From the NCBI GenBank assembly GCA_033764315.1, contig JANRJA010000014.1, positions 1 through 37,877 on the forward strand: a stretch of 37,877 nucleotides of DNA. Direction: 5' to 3'. A model generated the notes under the pieces. It was not told where the DNA came from. It saw only the letters and a list, made by a program, of their open reading frames with translations, and made no database searches. This document shows positions 1-9,246 of this stretch, in pieces (positions within the stretch are counted from its first letter, which is position 1; each line of letters starts with the position of its first letter). This DNA comes from Oculatellaceae cyanobacterium bins.114. Its GTDB lineage: Bacteria > Cyanobacteriota > Cyanobacteriia > Elainellales > Elainellaceae. The position numbers were made by a program, and so were the translations under genes.

Positions 1-886
1 CGGTCAAGTTACCGGCCAACAGGCTCTCCTGGTCGGTCATGTCTTTCCAGGTTCCGGCTACCCCTGGCACCTGAGCTTGCACCCCCAGTTTTCCTTCCGG
101 TCCCACCTCGCGTGCCACCCGCGTCACCTCAGAGGCAAAGGAGTTGAGCTGATCCACCATGATGTTGATGGTATTTTTTAGCTCTAAAATCTCACCTTTT
201 ACATCCACCGTAATTTTCTTAGACAGATCACCGTTGGCGATCGCCGTTGCCACTTCCGCAATGTTTCGCACCTGTCCGGTCAGGTTGCCCGCCATCAGGT
301 TTACCGAGTCGGTCAGATCTTTCCAGGTGCCCGCTACACCCCGCACCTCGGCTTGCACCCCTAGTTTTCCTTCCGTTCCCACCTCGCGCGCCACCCGCGT
401 CACCTCAGAGGCAAAGGAATTCAACTGATCCACCATCGTGTTGACAATTTGAGCCGTCTGCAAAAATTCCCCACGCAACGGTCGCCCCTCAATATCAGTG
501 GCGATCGTCTGAGTCAAATCACCATTTGCCACCGCTCGAATCACTCGCGCCGTTTCTTCGGTGGGCTGCACCAGGTCAGTGATGAGGTTATTGACGGAAT
601 CTACGCAGGTTGTCCAGGAACCCTTTTGACTGCCCAACGATGCCCGCTCATAAATTTTTCCTTCCTTACCCACCACCGTGCTGATGCGCCCCAGTTCGTC
701 GGTGAGCCGTTCATTCATCTCAATCACGTCATTGAGTACATCGGCAATTTTCCCAGCAATGCCTGTCTGATCAATCGGCATTCGGGCAGCAAAGTTACCT
801 TTTTTAACCTCTGTTAAAACCTTTAAAAGTTGTTTGAGATCAAGAGCACTATTGTCGCTGGCTGGGGTTGCAGTTGACGCTGACAT
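1..886 (-). CDS. Poly-HAMP domain (probably hybrid) sensor histidine kinase, 5' part; runs off the window start
   Basis: Manual translation from ATG 886: [32 protein letters not shown]..., followed by repeated [31 protein letters not shown]...GTWKDLTD units typical of group III/OsaA-like poly-HAMP kinases. Absent from the ORF track because no stop codon lies in the window. Confidence 0.9.
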   Translation of the reverse strand, partial: MSASTATPASDNSALDLKQLLKVLTEVKKGNFAARMPIDQTGIAGKIADVLNDVIEMNERLTDELGRISTVVGKEGKIYERASLGSQKGSWTTCVDSVNNLITDLVQPTEETARVIRAVANGDLTQTIATDIEGRPLRGEFLQTAQIVNTMVDQLNSFASEVTRVAREVGTEGKLGVQAEVRGVAGTWKDLTDSVNLMAGNLTGQVRNIAEVATAIANGDLSKKITVDVKGEILELKNTINIMVDQLNSFASEVTRVAREVGPEGKLGVQAQVPGVAGTWKDMTDQESLLAGNLT

Positions 887-1275
887 ACTCGTTATTACCT
901 GGTTTCTAACATCTGACTCAAAATGGCACATGAAAAAGCCTGCTGAGCGCGATCGCCCCCATCGACGTGGAAGGCACAACCAAACTCAGCAATCAGGTGA
1001 TGAAATAAGGGGTTCAAAACTCCTCTGAGAACTGCTTTTAATCAAGCGTTCAGAATAACCATTGAAAAAAATCTAGCGATCAATGGCTATTCAAGAGTTG
1101 AGATCCGCCAATCTACTCATCAACGAACCATTATCAGCAGTAAGAGGGACGAATGCTCTCTATCTCAAGAGAGATGATTATTCTGCAACTCTATTGATAT
1201 TCACAAAAATTTGACCTATGACTATTCCCTAAAGCAGAGTAAAGAGAAAGAGAGTCAGAGAAAGGCAAGGTAAAA

Positions 1276-1440
1276 AACGTCAGTTCGGTTTAAGCAACCC
1301 AGCGAATAAATTCGCGGCTAGCATAGCGAAATCCGCCTTCGCAGACTAGCAAAATCAAAGGTTTACTGAACCGACGCAGGTCGGTTTTGCTCGTATAGCA
1401 GCGGTTTTAACCGCCAAAATCCTTATCCCGAACTCAGGTT
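1276..1440. mobile_element. MITE-like element with imperfect 19-bp terminal inverted repeats and internal REP-like palindromes
   Basis: AACGTCAGTTCGGTTTAAG (1276-1294) matches the reverse complement of CTTATCCCGAACTCAGGTT (1422-1440) at 15/19. Internal AACCGACGCAGGTCGGTT and GCGAATAAATTCGC hairpins resemble the repeats at 9011-9232. Confidence 0.55.
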
Positions 1441-1774
1441 AAAAAGAGTAAAAAAGTCTGAAACGTATCCTTTACGCTGGCTCCGCTGACGGGAAGAACC
1501 GAGAAAATGCTAAAAAACCCTTCTCTTTAGGAAAAGGGTTGGAATGAGAAAAAATGAATGGCTGATTACCTGGTTGACCCACTGCCGTCATCCCACAAAG
1601 GGGACAGTTCCAAAGCGGCAAAACAGCTAGCGGGGGCTTAACTAACCACCTTACCAACTCTGGAACTGTGGGGGCTTAAGATTCTATCGGTTGGGTTTTG
1701 AGAAAATATGCAACATTCTTGGCAAAGTTCTGTTTCAGATTTATAAAGATGGCAGTGGAGTGAGCTTGGCATTC

Positions 1775-2038
1775 ATGGACAAACAATCAAGTTGGGTCGG
1801 AGTATTGCTAATTGCCATCTTGAGCGGGTTGATCATCAAGGTTGTAGGAGACCCGATTGTAGAAGTTACATCGCCAGCCGTTGAAGATTTTTTGGATGAT
1901 ATGGGCGATCGCTTTGAAGACACAATGGATGACATTGGAGACTGGTTTAAGGGCGATCGCCACAAAAGCAACACCTCTGATGACGGGTTGCGTTCAATCA
2001 AAGGAGAACAAATACCAACTCCCTCAAACCAGGGCTGA
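1775..2038 (+). CDS. Small hypothetical protein with one N-terminal TM helix and an acidic tail
   Basis: MDKQSSWVGVLLIAILSGLIIKVVG hydrophobic segment, then D/E-rich repeats. ATG 1775 preferred over upstream TTG 1691. Confidence 0.6.
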   Translation: MDKQSSWVGVLLIAILSGLIIKVVGDPIVEVTSPAVEDFLDDMGDRFEDTMDDIGDWFKGDRHKSNTSDDGLRSIKGEQIPTPSNQG

Positions 2039-2118
2039 CAAGGTTGAGCAGGGTGCCTCGCAAAATACCTTTACAACTGCACATCAGCCGCACATCAATA
2101 CATAATGACACCGCAATG

Positions 2119-2144
2119 AAACAAGGGGCTTAAGCCCCTTGTTT
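2119..2144. repeat. Perfect 26-bp palindrome (REP-like or bidirectional terminator) between convergent genes
   Basis: AAACAAGGGGCTTAAGCCCCTTGTTT. Confidence 0.7.
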
Positions 2145-2266
2145 GTTGACAATTCAAATAGGATTCAAGAGGAGAGTTCCCGAACGCAAAAGCAGAATAT
2201 TAGCGGATGTCTGAGAAGGTTTTGGCTGGAATATAAACAGAAAGGAAGGCAACAGAAAGGAAGGCG

Positions 2267-2437
2267 TTATTTTGAAGAGTTCTTAACATTTTGAAGTTCA
2301 ACCCATTCTGACAAAGGTTCACCTTCAAAAGGTTGTACACCCGTTTCTGGATAGTGGTCATCACTGGGTTTAAAAATTCTGGTTGCCCCATCAGAGAGGT
2401 ATTGCATCACATCACGAACCATTTCAAGGACGTTCAT
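2267..2437 (-). CDS. Small cyanobacterial protein (56 aa) with RIFxPxDDxYPxxGVQPFEG motif
   Basis: Manual translation MNVLEMVRDVMQYLSDGATRIFKPSDDHYPETGVQPFEGEPLSEWVELQNVKNSSK*, with a GAGG RBS upstream. The motif resembles a small cyanobacterial family I recall but have not verified. Confidence 0.75.
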   Translation of the reverse strand: MNVLEMVRDVMQYLSDGATRIFKPSDDHYPETGVQPFEGEPLSEWVELQNVKNSSK

Positions 2438-2709
2438 ATCATTAACCTCAGCTTTATAGAATTTAACTGGAACGATACCTACACCACGTCACTTTTATGA
2501 CACTTCTCCAAAGTGTATTTCGCTTATTTTTGTCGCCTGTCTTTGTGCATAAATTATCTATACTTCAATCATATGAGACTTCATAGATCTTGTCTGTGAA
2601 TTGAAATAGATCTGCACCATTCTTTACAGATGATTCTTAACTTTTAGAAGCAAAACCAGAGTCAGAATTTGTAGAAATATTGCTTTATTGTGAATGGGTA
2701 GCAGCGTAA

Positions 2710-3159
2710 ATGAATAGGAGTGTTTGGGTGGTTAAGCCTCCGAAGATCGATCGCCAGCGAGAACATCAAGCCAACGAACGCACCTTTTTAGCCTGGTTAC
2801 GCACCGCGATCGCCCTGATTGGGTTTGGTTTAGCGATCGCCCGGTTTGGTCTATTTTTGGGTCAATTGCAAGCCTCGTTAACTCAGCAACCCGCATTACC
2901 GCATCCCTTTTGGAACTCAGAAACCTTGGGAATTAGTTTAATTTTGGTTGGTGTTGTGGCGATCGCACTAGGGGCATGGCGATATAACCAGGCTTTTTGG
3001 CAGATTGAGCGGGGTGACTATCGCCCCAATCGGGTTGCCATTTGGGTGATGACAGCCGTTGTGATGATTTTAGGAATGTTGAGCATTCCGCTGTTGTTAT
3101 GGCGCAACCCAACTCCAACTCCAGTGCGTCCACCAAATCCGCAAAATTTTCAGGGTTGA
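2710..3159 (+). CDS. YidH/DUF202 family inner membrane protein
   Basis: REHQANERTFLAWLRTAIALIGFG signature and three TM helices. Start may be GTG 2728. Confidence 0.9.
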   Translation: MNRSVWVVKPPKIDRQREHQANERTFLAWLRTAIALIGFGLAIARFGLFLGQLQASLTQQPALPHPFWNSETLGISLILVGVVAIALGAWRYNQAFWQIERGDYRPNRVAIWVMTAVVMILGMLSIPLLLWRNPTPTPVRPPNPQNFQG

Positions 3160-3363
3160 CAAGCCAATACGTTTGTACTAATCTCTTGAACATTCACCCT
3201 TAGTGTGAGTGGCAATCGAGGTGCGTTATCGCGTGTCAATTTCATCTTGTACATTACATCTTGTAAGGTACAGCGTGTCAGTTGCACAACATAACGCACC
3301 GTTACTTAAGCTTGGGAGAAATTTAGTTTGGGAGGAATTTATGTCGCTCTATCGGTCATTCCT

Positions 3364-3945
3364 CTATTGACGCTGCAACCAACTCAATAAACTCAGTGAG
3401 GCAAGCATGCCTGCAAAGTGAGCCGCAATGCCACTGATGTTAGAGAGAGCTACAAGAATATCAAGCGACCGAATCAAATCATTGACATCGTAGATAAAGC
3501 CGGGTTGAGGTTGCGTGATTGCCTTGACCAGCAATGCAATTAACGTAATCCCTTCTCCTAAAATCATCAAAACCATCCCAACCAAACCGACAATTACCCC
3601 AGTTCGCAACAGCTTGATCACTTCTGACTTGGCAGGTTGCAACCCAGAATTAAGATTTAACGAGGCACGCCGAAACTGCTGTGCAAAAACGGTCAGGCGA
3701 TAGGCTAAATAGATGCTTCCTAACAAAACGATGAAGCCACAAATCGCCCAAAATACCCCCACTGCAATGCCAGGGGTCGTCGCTTCATTGAGGTCAGGAC
3801 TTTGAATTGCCAGGACAAGTGACAGCCCAGTGGCGATCGCCAACAGCCCTTGAATGGCAAAACTAACCCATCCGGTTGTTCTAAGACGATTAGCAAGCCT
3901 TCGTAGTTTAAACTCTGGCGGTCTAATCTCTGATCGAGTCTCCAT
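3364..3945 (-). CDS. DUF3611 family membrane protein
   Basis: LRTTGWVSFAIQ...IRSLDILVALSNISGIAAHFAG pattern, four TM helices, AAGGAG RBS before ATG 3945. Confidence 0.8.
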   Translation of the reverse strand: METRSEIRPPEFKLRRLANRLRTTGWVSFAIQGLLAIATGLSLVLAIQSPDLNEATTPGIAVGVFWAICGFIVLLGSIYLAYRLTVFAQQFRRASLNLNSGLQPAKSEVIKLLRTGVIVGLVGMVLMILGEGITLIALLVKAITQPQPGFIYDVNDLIRSLDILVALSNISGIAAHFAGMLASLSLLSWLQRQ

Positions 3946-4116
3946 AGTCACTCCTTAAACGGCTAACTTGAGTGGCTTCTTGGGAAATACATCACGAATG
4001 GTACACGAATTGGTACAAACTGCACGGTTGGTTAACGAGTAAAAATCAATGGTAAGGGATCAGAGTTTATTTGGTAAATAAAGTTCCTTAATTTACAACT
4101 CAAAACTCTCTGCCCC

Positions 4117-5007
4117 CTACACGATCAACTCTCCCCGCAGCACTGTCACTGCCGAGCCGCCAACCTTCACCGCCGCAATCTGGTCTGGCTCACCCATCAC
4201 CTCCACAAACCCGGTGCCGGGGCGGTTCATCCAATGTCCTTGCTCCGCAATAAATTGGGGGTGCTCGATCAACCCATATCGCCACAGATAGGCGGCCATG
4301 CCTCCGGTCGCTGACCCCGTAAAGGGATCTTCCATGCAGTCTGGAGGTGTGCCAAAGTGTCGGGCAAAGGTCTGCCCCACCTCAGTCACCCCTGTCACAC
4401 AAAACAAATGGGGACTAAAAAAGTCACCGCGTGCCCGCAACGCGTTATATAGCGGAATGTTCATAGTCGATCGCCGCAATGCAGCCAGATCGCGCACCGC
4501 AATCATTAATTGCGGAGTCCCCGTGCTCACCGTTTGCAGGGGCACACCGGGCAGCGCATCCTCAGGCGATAGCCCAAACACAGGCATCACCTCCTCAGCC
4601 GTGTAAGTGGCTAAAAACTGCGGCTGTTTTTGCGTCATCACGATGCGTTCAACGTTGCCCTGGTTGGCAAAAATCTCGACAGCAATCACACCCACTTGCA
4701 ACTCTAGCGACAGGGTGGTGACGTCTTGAGTCAGGTGGAGCCGACCCGAATCGATCAACGCAAAGATAGTGGCGATCGTGGGATGACCCGCCAAGGGAAT
4801 CTCTTCGGCAGGAGTGAAATAACGCGCCCGCACATCGGCGATCGCTGACTCTAGCACAAATGCCGTTTCTGACAGGTTTTGCTCACGGGCGATCGCCTGC
4901 ATCGTCTCGTCGCTCAGGGAATCCGCCTCAAACACCACGGCACAAGGGTTGCCGCTCAAAGGACGGGTGGTAAAGGCATCGACCTGCATAAAAGGGTAGG
5001 TGGGCAT
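4117..5007 (-). CDS. PhzF family phenazine biosynthesis-like isomerase/epimerase
   Basis: QVDAFT...GNPCAVV, NLSETAF, RYFTPAEEIPLAGHPT and EDPFTGSA motifs. Confidence 0.92.
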   Translation of the reverse strand: MPTYPFMQVDAFTTRPLSGNPCAVVFEADSLSDETMQAIAREQNLSETAFVLESAIADVRARYFTPAEEIPLAGHPTIATIFALIDSGRLHLTQDVTTLSLELQVGVIAVEIFANQGNVERIVMTQKQPQFLATYTAEEVMPVFGLSPEDALPGVPLQTVSTGTPQLMIAVRDLAALRRSTMNIPLYNALRARGDFFSPHLFCVTGVTEVGQTFARHFGTPPDCMEDPFTGSATGGMAAYLWRYGLIEHPQFIAEQGHWMNRPGTGFVEVMGEPDQIAAVKVGGSAVTVLRGELIV

Positions 5008-5069
5008 GGGGTCTCCGGGCGAGATCAATCAATAGGGGCGATCGTATCAGACACCCCCTTGAATCCTCT

Positions 5070-5102
5070 AGATCTCCGGAATCTTGAAGATTCCGGAGAT
5101 CT
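5070..5102. repeat. 33-bp palindrome of the AGATC(C/T)CCG REP family
   Basis: AGATCTCCGGAATCTT-G-AAGATTCCGGAGATCT. Confidence 0.7.
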
Positions 5103-5116
5103 CACATCTCGCCCTC

Positions 5117-5233
5117 TTCCTGGTTCCTAGCCTCTGGCTGGGAATCTGGATTTGGAGGCTCTGCCTCCGATGACCCTAGCTTTGGAGGCGCAGCCTCCGG
5201 CATAGCATAAAAGGCAAAGCCTTGTTACGAGAG
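5117..5233. repeat. REP-like palindrome cluster (GGAGGCTCTGCCTCC type)
   Basis: TTCCTAGCCTCTGGCTGGGAA, GGAGGCTCTGCCTCC and GGAGGCGCAGCCTCC hairpins. A related cluster lies at 5732-5830. Confidence 0.65.
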
Positions 5234-5242
5234 GCAAACAGC

Positions 5243-5638
5243 TTATTGTACAGAGTTTAATTTTACGTTTACTAGATTCGTTGCTAGAGGGTTGGGTTGA
5301 TTGTCTGTAGTTCTACCACTTGTTGGGGTGATAGTTGGTTTGGGATGAATGAAATTAACGTTGGCAACCGTAAAACTAACAATTGAGTCCTCAGAAGTTA
5401 CAAACGAGTCCTCAGAAGTTATAAACGAGTCCTCAGGAATAACAAACGAGTCCTCAGAAGTTACAAACGAGTCCTCAAAACTAACAAACGAGTCCTCAGG
5501 AATAACAATTGAGTCCTCAAAAGTAACAAACGAGTCCTCAAAAGTAACAATTGAGTCCTCAGAAGTTATAAACGAGTCCTCAAAAGTAACAATTGGGGTT
5601 GCAGGACTAACAAACAGGGTCACTGAGATTGAATTCAT
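5243..5638 (-). CDS. Putative low-complexity heptad-repeat protein ([SFP]EDS[FI][VI][TSI] x10); coding status uncertain
   Basis: ORF spans the 21-bp array, but the opposite strand (5349-5906) is also open, so the ORF may be a by-product of the repeat. Confidence 0.3.
   Translation of the reverse strand: MNSISVTLFVSPATPIVTFEDSFITSEDSIVTFEDSFVTFEDSIVIPEDSFVSFEDSFVTSEDSFVIPEDSFITSEDSFVTSEDSIVSFTVANVNFIHPKPTITPTSGRTTDNQPNPLATNLVNVKLNSVQ
5385..5594. repeat. Tandem array of ten 21-bp units
   Basis: Invariant GAGTCCTCA followed by a variable 12-mer (GAAGTTACAAAC, GGAATAACAAAC, AAAGTAACAATT, ...). Confidence 0.95.
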
Positions 5639-5731
5639 TCCTCAAAGAAGGATGAAGAATCACTGTGAGGAAACGAATCAGGAGTTCAACCCATCGTTTA
5701 GGATCTTCGTCAACGGCTACGATCGCCACAG

Positions 5732-5830
5732 CCTCGTTCTCCAGGGTCTGCGAACGGCGATTGGGAGGCTCTGCCTCCTCTCAGAACAAGCGGCAGAGCC
5801 GCTACCTGGCATTCCCAACCAGGAGGCTGG
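5732..5830. repeat. REP-like palindrome cluster related to 5117-5233
   Basis: GGAGGCTCTGCCTCC, GCGGCAGAGCCGC and TTCCCAACCAGGAGGCTGGGA hairpins. Confidence 0.65.
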
Positions 5831-6096
5831 GATCTCACATCTCGCCCTCACCCAAAATTTTTGCCACAATAGAAATATTTTCAATCCTGTTTGCCTTTCT
5901 CCATAGATACGATGAATTGTGAGACGCGGTGAATTACTAGACGCGATGAATAGACGCGATGAATCGCGCCTCTTCTGTTTGATCTTGTAGACGCAATAAA
6001 TTGCGCCTCTTCTCTCTTCTCTCTTCTCTCTTCTTTTTTATCCTTAATCCTTCATCGTTTATCCTTTCTTCTTTTTTCTCCCCCCCAGAACCCCCC

Positions 6097-8982
6097 ATGA
6101 CCCCCGACGAATTGCTCACCCTGATCGATCGCGCCGCTGACGAAGGCTGGACAGAACTCGACCTCTCAGGCATGGGGTTAACGGAATTGCCAGGGGCGAT
6201 CGCCAAGTTGACCCAACTAGAGACACTGATTTTGGGAAAGCAGCTTAAAGATAACGAAGTTGTAGGAAATCGAATCTTGCCAAAGGTTTCAGGTAATCAG
6301 TTAAAATCCCTGCCCTCTGAACTGGCAAATCTCGTCAACTTGCGTCAGCTTAATCTGAGCGGCAATCCCTTTGAGACAATTCCAGAGGTGGTGACTCAAT
6401 TGGTTGGGTTAGAGCAGTTAACTTTATTTCGAGGGGAGCTAACAGAGATACCAGAGACGATCGCAGCCCTCACCCATTTGACCCAGCTTTACCTCTATAG
6501 CAACCAGATTCAGGAGATTCCACAGGCGATCGCTCAACTGCAAAATCTGACCCAGCTTTACCTCTATAGCAACCAGATTACACAGATCCCTGAAGCGATC
6601 GCATCCCTTACCAATCTGACCACGCTTTATCTCTTTAGCAACCAGATTCAAGAGATTCCACAGGCGATCGCATCCCTCACCAATTTGACCACGCTTAACC
6701 TCTCTAGCAACCAGATTACGCAGATTCCAGAGGCGATCGCTCAGCTCACGAATCTGACCACGCTTTACCTCTCTAGCAACCAGATTACGCAGATTCCAGA
6801 GGCGATCGAAGCCTTGACCAATCTGACGCAGCTTGATCTTGAGAATAATCGGATTACTGAAATTCCGGCAGCAATTGCCCAAATTAACCAGCTAGATAAA
6901 CTCGATCTACGAGGTAATCCGATCAGCATTCCCCCCGATATTCTTGCGCCCAAACCTGGTGAAACCTATCCTGATGCTCGCCCCATTCTCGACTACTATT
7001 TCCGCACTCAAGACCCCAACCAGACCACTCACCTCTACGAAGCCAAAATCTTGATTGTGGGTGAAGGCGGGTCAGGAAAAACCAGTCTTGCGCGCAAACT
7101 GCTTGACCCCAATTACAAGCTGCCCTCTGAGACAGAAGATACCTCCACCCAAGGAATTGATATCCTGCACTGGGAGTTCACAGGGCGCAACCAGCAACCC
7201 TATCAAGTAAACCTATGGGATTTTGGCGGACAGGAGATCTATCACCAAACCCACCAGTTTTTTCTCACTGAACGCTCCCTCTACTTGCTTGTAGCCGATA
7301 GCCGCAAAGAAGATACAGATCACTACTTTTGGCTCAACATTATCCGCCTACTCAGCAATGACAGTCCGGTGCTATTGATCCAAAACGAAAAACAAAATCG
7401 CACCTGCAACTTAAACCTCCGCGAACTCCGGGCTGAATTTGAGAGCCTCAGACCACCGTTAAGCACCAACCTGGCTGACAATCGCGGACTCTCTGAGGTG
7501 CAAACCGCCATTCAACACAACCTGGAAGACCTGCTCCCCAACGGTATTCCCTTTCCCAACTCCTGGATCAAGGTTCGCTACGCCCTCGAAAACGACGGGC
7601 GCAATTATATTGATTTTGCCGACTATAGAGATATCTGCCACTATCACGGCATCACTCGCCCCGAAGAAATGTGTGACTTGAGCGATTTTCTACATAGACT
7701 TGGCATCTGTCTACATTTTCAAAAAGACCCGGTTCTGCGTCATCGCCTCATTCTCAAACCCAATTGGGGCACAACGGCAGTCTATAAAATTCTCGACAAT
7801 CCCAACGTCAAACAACAACTGGGGCAGTTTTGCAACGACGATTTAAAGAACATTTGGAAATCTCGTCAATATGCCGATATGCACCATGAACTGCTGCAAT
7901 TGATGAAGGAGTTCAAGGTCTGCTACGAGATTCCACGACGGCAAGGCAACTACATTGCTCCCCACCTGCTCTCACCCACGCCGCCTGACTACACCTGGGA
8001 TAACAACCAAAATCTGATTTTGCGCTATCGCTATCAAGGCTTTATGCCCAAAGGCATTCTTACTCGCTTTATTGTTGAAATGCACGAGTTGATTGAAAAC
8101 GTTTCCGATCCAGATCAGGCTCTCGTCTGGAAGCATGGCGTTGTGCTCAATCAAGGACGTGTCCGCGCTGAGGTGATTGAACGCTCCCACGATCGCGAAA
8201 TTCGTATCCGATTAAGCGGCAACAACCAGCGAGACTTGCTCGTGACGCTCAACTACGAATTCGAGAAAATCCACAAGAGCTTCGAGGGGTTAGACTATGA
8301 CACGCTCATTCCCTGCAACTGCGCCACCTGCAAATCTAGATCTGAACCTTATACCTATACGCTCGATCGACTCAGGCAATTTATGGATCAACGTCGTCCA
8401 ACGATCCAATGCTACGAAAGCTCTGAAGATGTCAATGTTCGCCGTCTGTTGGATGACTCGATTGAACCTAACATTGATCACCGACTGCGAGGAATGGGGG
8501 CAGAGTTCTTAGGAAAGCAGGAGTTCCCTGAGCGATTCAACATCAATATCTACAACCACCAACACCAAGGAGATCACAAACCCGTGACCGAGATTACCAA
8601 TAACAACCAGGGCGCAAATATCGCCAACTTCGTCAACGAAGCCAAAGACAACGCCCAAGTCACCGCCTCCAACTTTACCCAGACCAGTGGGGTCTCCACC
8701 ACCGACCTGCTGCAAATCATCAATACCCTGCGTCAGACCGTTGCCCAATTGCCTCAAGAGACTCAAGCAGAAATTGTGGTCGATCTGGATGATGTCGAAG
8801 ACGAGATCAAAAAACCAGAGACTCAACGCAATCCAACCCGCTTGAAAAAGCGGTTAACCGGTCTGCTTGCAGCGGCTTCAGTCGCCGCCACCTCCGTCGC
8901 CGCAATGAACGAATTCACTGGTAACGTCATCGATCTCGGCAACAAACTCGGCATTGAACTGCAACTTCCATCTGCCCCTTAA
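6097..8982 (+). CDS. LRR-Roc-COR (Roco) protein with C-terminal helical domain
   Basis: MTPDELLTLIDRAADEGWTELDLSG N-cap, 23-aa LRRs (LTNLTTLYLSSNQITQIPEAIA), Roc P-loop GEGGSGKTS, LWDFGGQEIY, COR region with CNCATC. Confidence 0.93.
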   Translation: MTPDELLTLIDRAADEGWTELDLSGMGLTELPGAIAKLTQLETLILGKQLKDNEVVGNRILPKVSGNQLKSLPSELANLVNLRQLNLSGNPFETIPEVVTQLVGLEQLTLFRGELTEIPETIAALTHLTQLYLYSNQIQEIPQAIAQLQNLTQLYLYSNQITQIPEAIASLTNLTTLYLFSNQIQEIPQAIASLTNLTTLNLSSNQITQIPEAIAQLTNLTTLYLSSNQITQIPEAIEALTNLTQLDLENNRITEIPAAIAQINQLDKLDLRGNPISIPPDILAPKPGETYPDARPILDYYFRTQDPNQTTHLYEAKILIVGEGGSGKTSLARKLLDPNYKLPSETEDTSTQGIDILHWEFTGRNQQPYQVNLWDFGGQEIYHQTHQFFLTERSLYLLVADSRKEDTDHYFWLNIIRLLSNDSPVLLIQNEKQNRTCNLNLRELRAEFESLRPPLSTNLADNRGLSEVQTAIQHNLEDLLPNGIPFPNSWIKVRYALENDGRNYIDFADYRDICHYHGITRPEEMCDLSDFLHRLGICLHFQKDPVLRHRLILKPNWGTTAVYKILDNPNVKQQLGQFCNDDLKNIWKSRQYADMHHELLQLMKEFKVCYEIPRRQGNYIAPHLLSPTPPDYTWDNNQNLILRYRYQGFMPKGILTRFIVEMHELIENVSDPDQALVWKHGVVLNQGRVRAEVIERSHDREIRIRLSGNNQRDLLVTLNYEFEKIHKSFEGLDYDTLIPCNCATCKSRSEPYTYTLDRLRQFMDQRRPTIQCYESSEDVNVRRLLDDSIEPNIDHRLRGMGAEFLGKQEFPERFNINIYNHQHQGDHKPVTEITNNNQGANIANFVNEAKDNAQVTASNFTQTSGVSTTDLLQIINTLRQTVAQLPQETQAEIVVDLDDVEDEIKKPETQRNPTRLKKRLTGLLAAASVAATSVAAMNEFTGNVIDLGNKLGIELQLPSAP

Positions 8983-9010
8983 TCAGACTCCTCAACCATT
9001 CAAAGTTCGA

Positions 9011-9232
9011 TAACCCGCGAGGCGGGTTTTGTTCTCATAGCCGCGAATTCATTCGCCAGGTGCCCATTTCCGGCTAATCCCAATTTGCTTTGAAAGTACC
9101 CCTCCCAACCTCCCATTGGCAAGGGGAGGTGCCGTAGGCGGTGGGGTCAAGTGCAAGGTTCACCGTTTAAATGGGTATAACCCGCGCAGGCGGGTTTTGT
9201 TCTCATAGCCACGAATTCATTCGCCAGGTGCC
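9011..9232. repeat. Composite repeat: two direct ~54-bp REP copies flanking a ~120-bp MITE-like insert
   Basis: AACCCGCG(C)AGGCGGGTTTT(T)GTTCTCATAGCC(G/A)CGAATTCATTCGCCAGGTGCC at 9011-9064 and 9179-9232. Between them lies TGCCCATTT...CCCCTCCCAACCTCCCC..GGGGAGG...AAATGGGTAT. Confidence 0.8.
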
Positions 9233-9246
9233 GATTGCGCCTCAAC

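Noticed and set aside
159-1028. Plus-strand ORFs 159-428, 247-444, 449-817, 834-1028
   Set aside because: They are antisense shadows of the poly-HAMP kinase gene and its leader.
2200-2391. 63-aa ORF from the track
   Set aside because: It overlaps the better-supported 56-aa ORF (2267-2437) in another frame and has no recognisable motif.
5385-5594. CRISPR array
   Set aside because: The constant part is only 9 bp, the variable parts are 12 bp and related to each other rather than unique spacers, and there are no cas genes.
5243-5638. Graspetide/RiPP precursor with Ser/Thr-Asp/Glu core repeats
   Set aside because: No RiPP ATP-grasp ligase, leader motif or peptidase transporter is adjacent. AccC is a housekeeping ATP-grasp enzyme.
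6001-6096. Hydrophobic N-terminal extension or signal peptide on the Roco protein
   Set aside because: It derives from CTCTTCT/ATCCTT heptamer repeats. The typical Roco N-terminus begins at ATG 6097.
6420-6870. Diversity-generating retroelement acting on the LRRs
   Set aside because: There is no reverse transcriptase and no template/variable repeat pair with adenine-specific differences.
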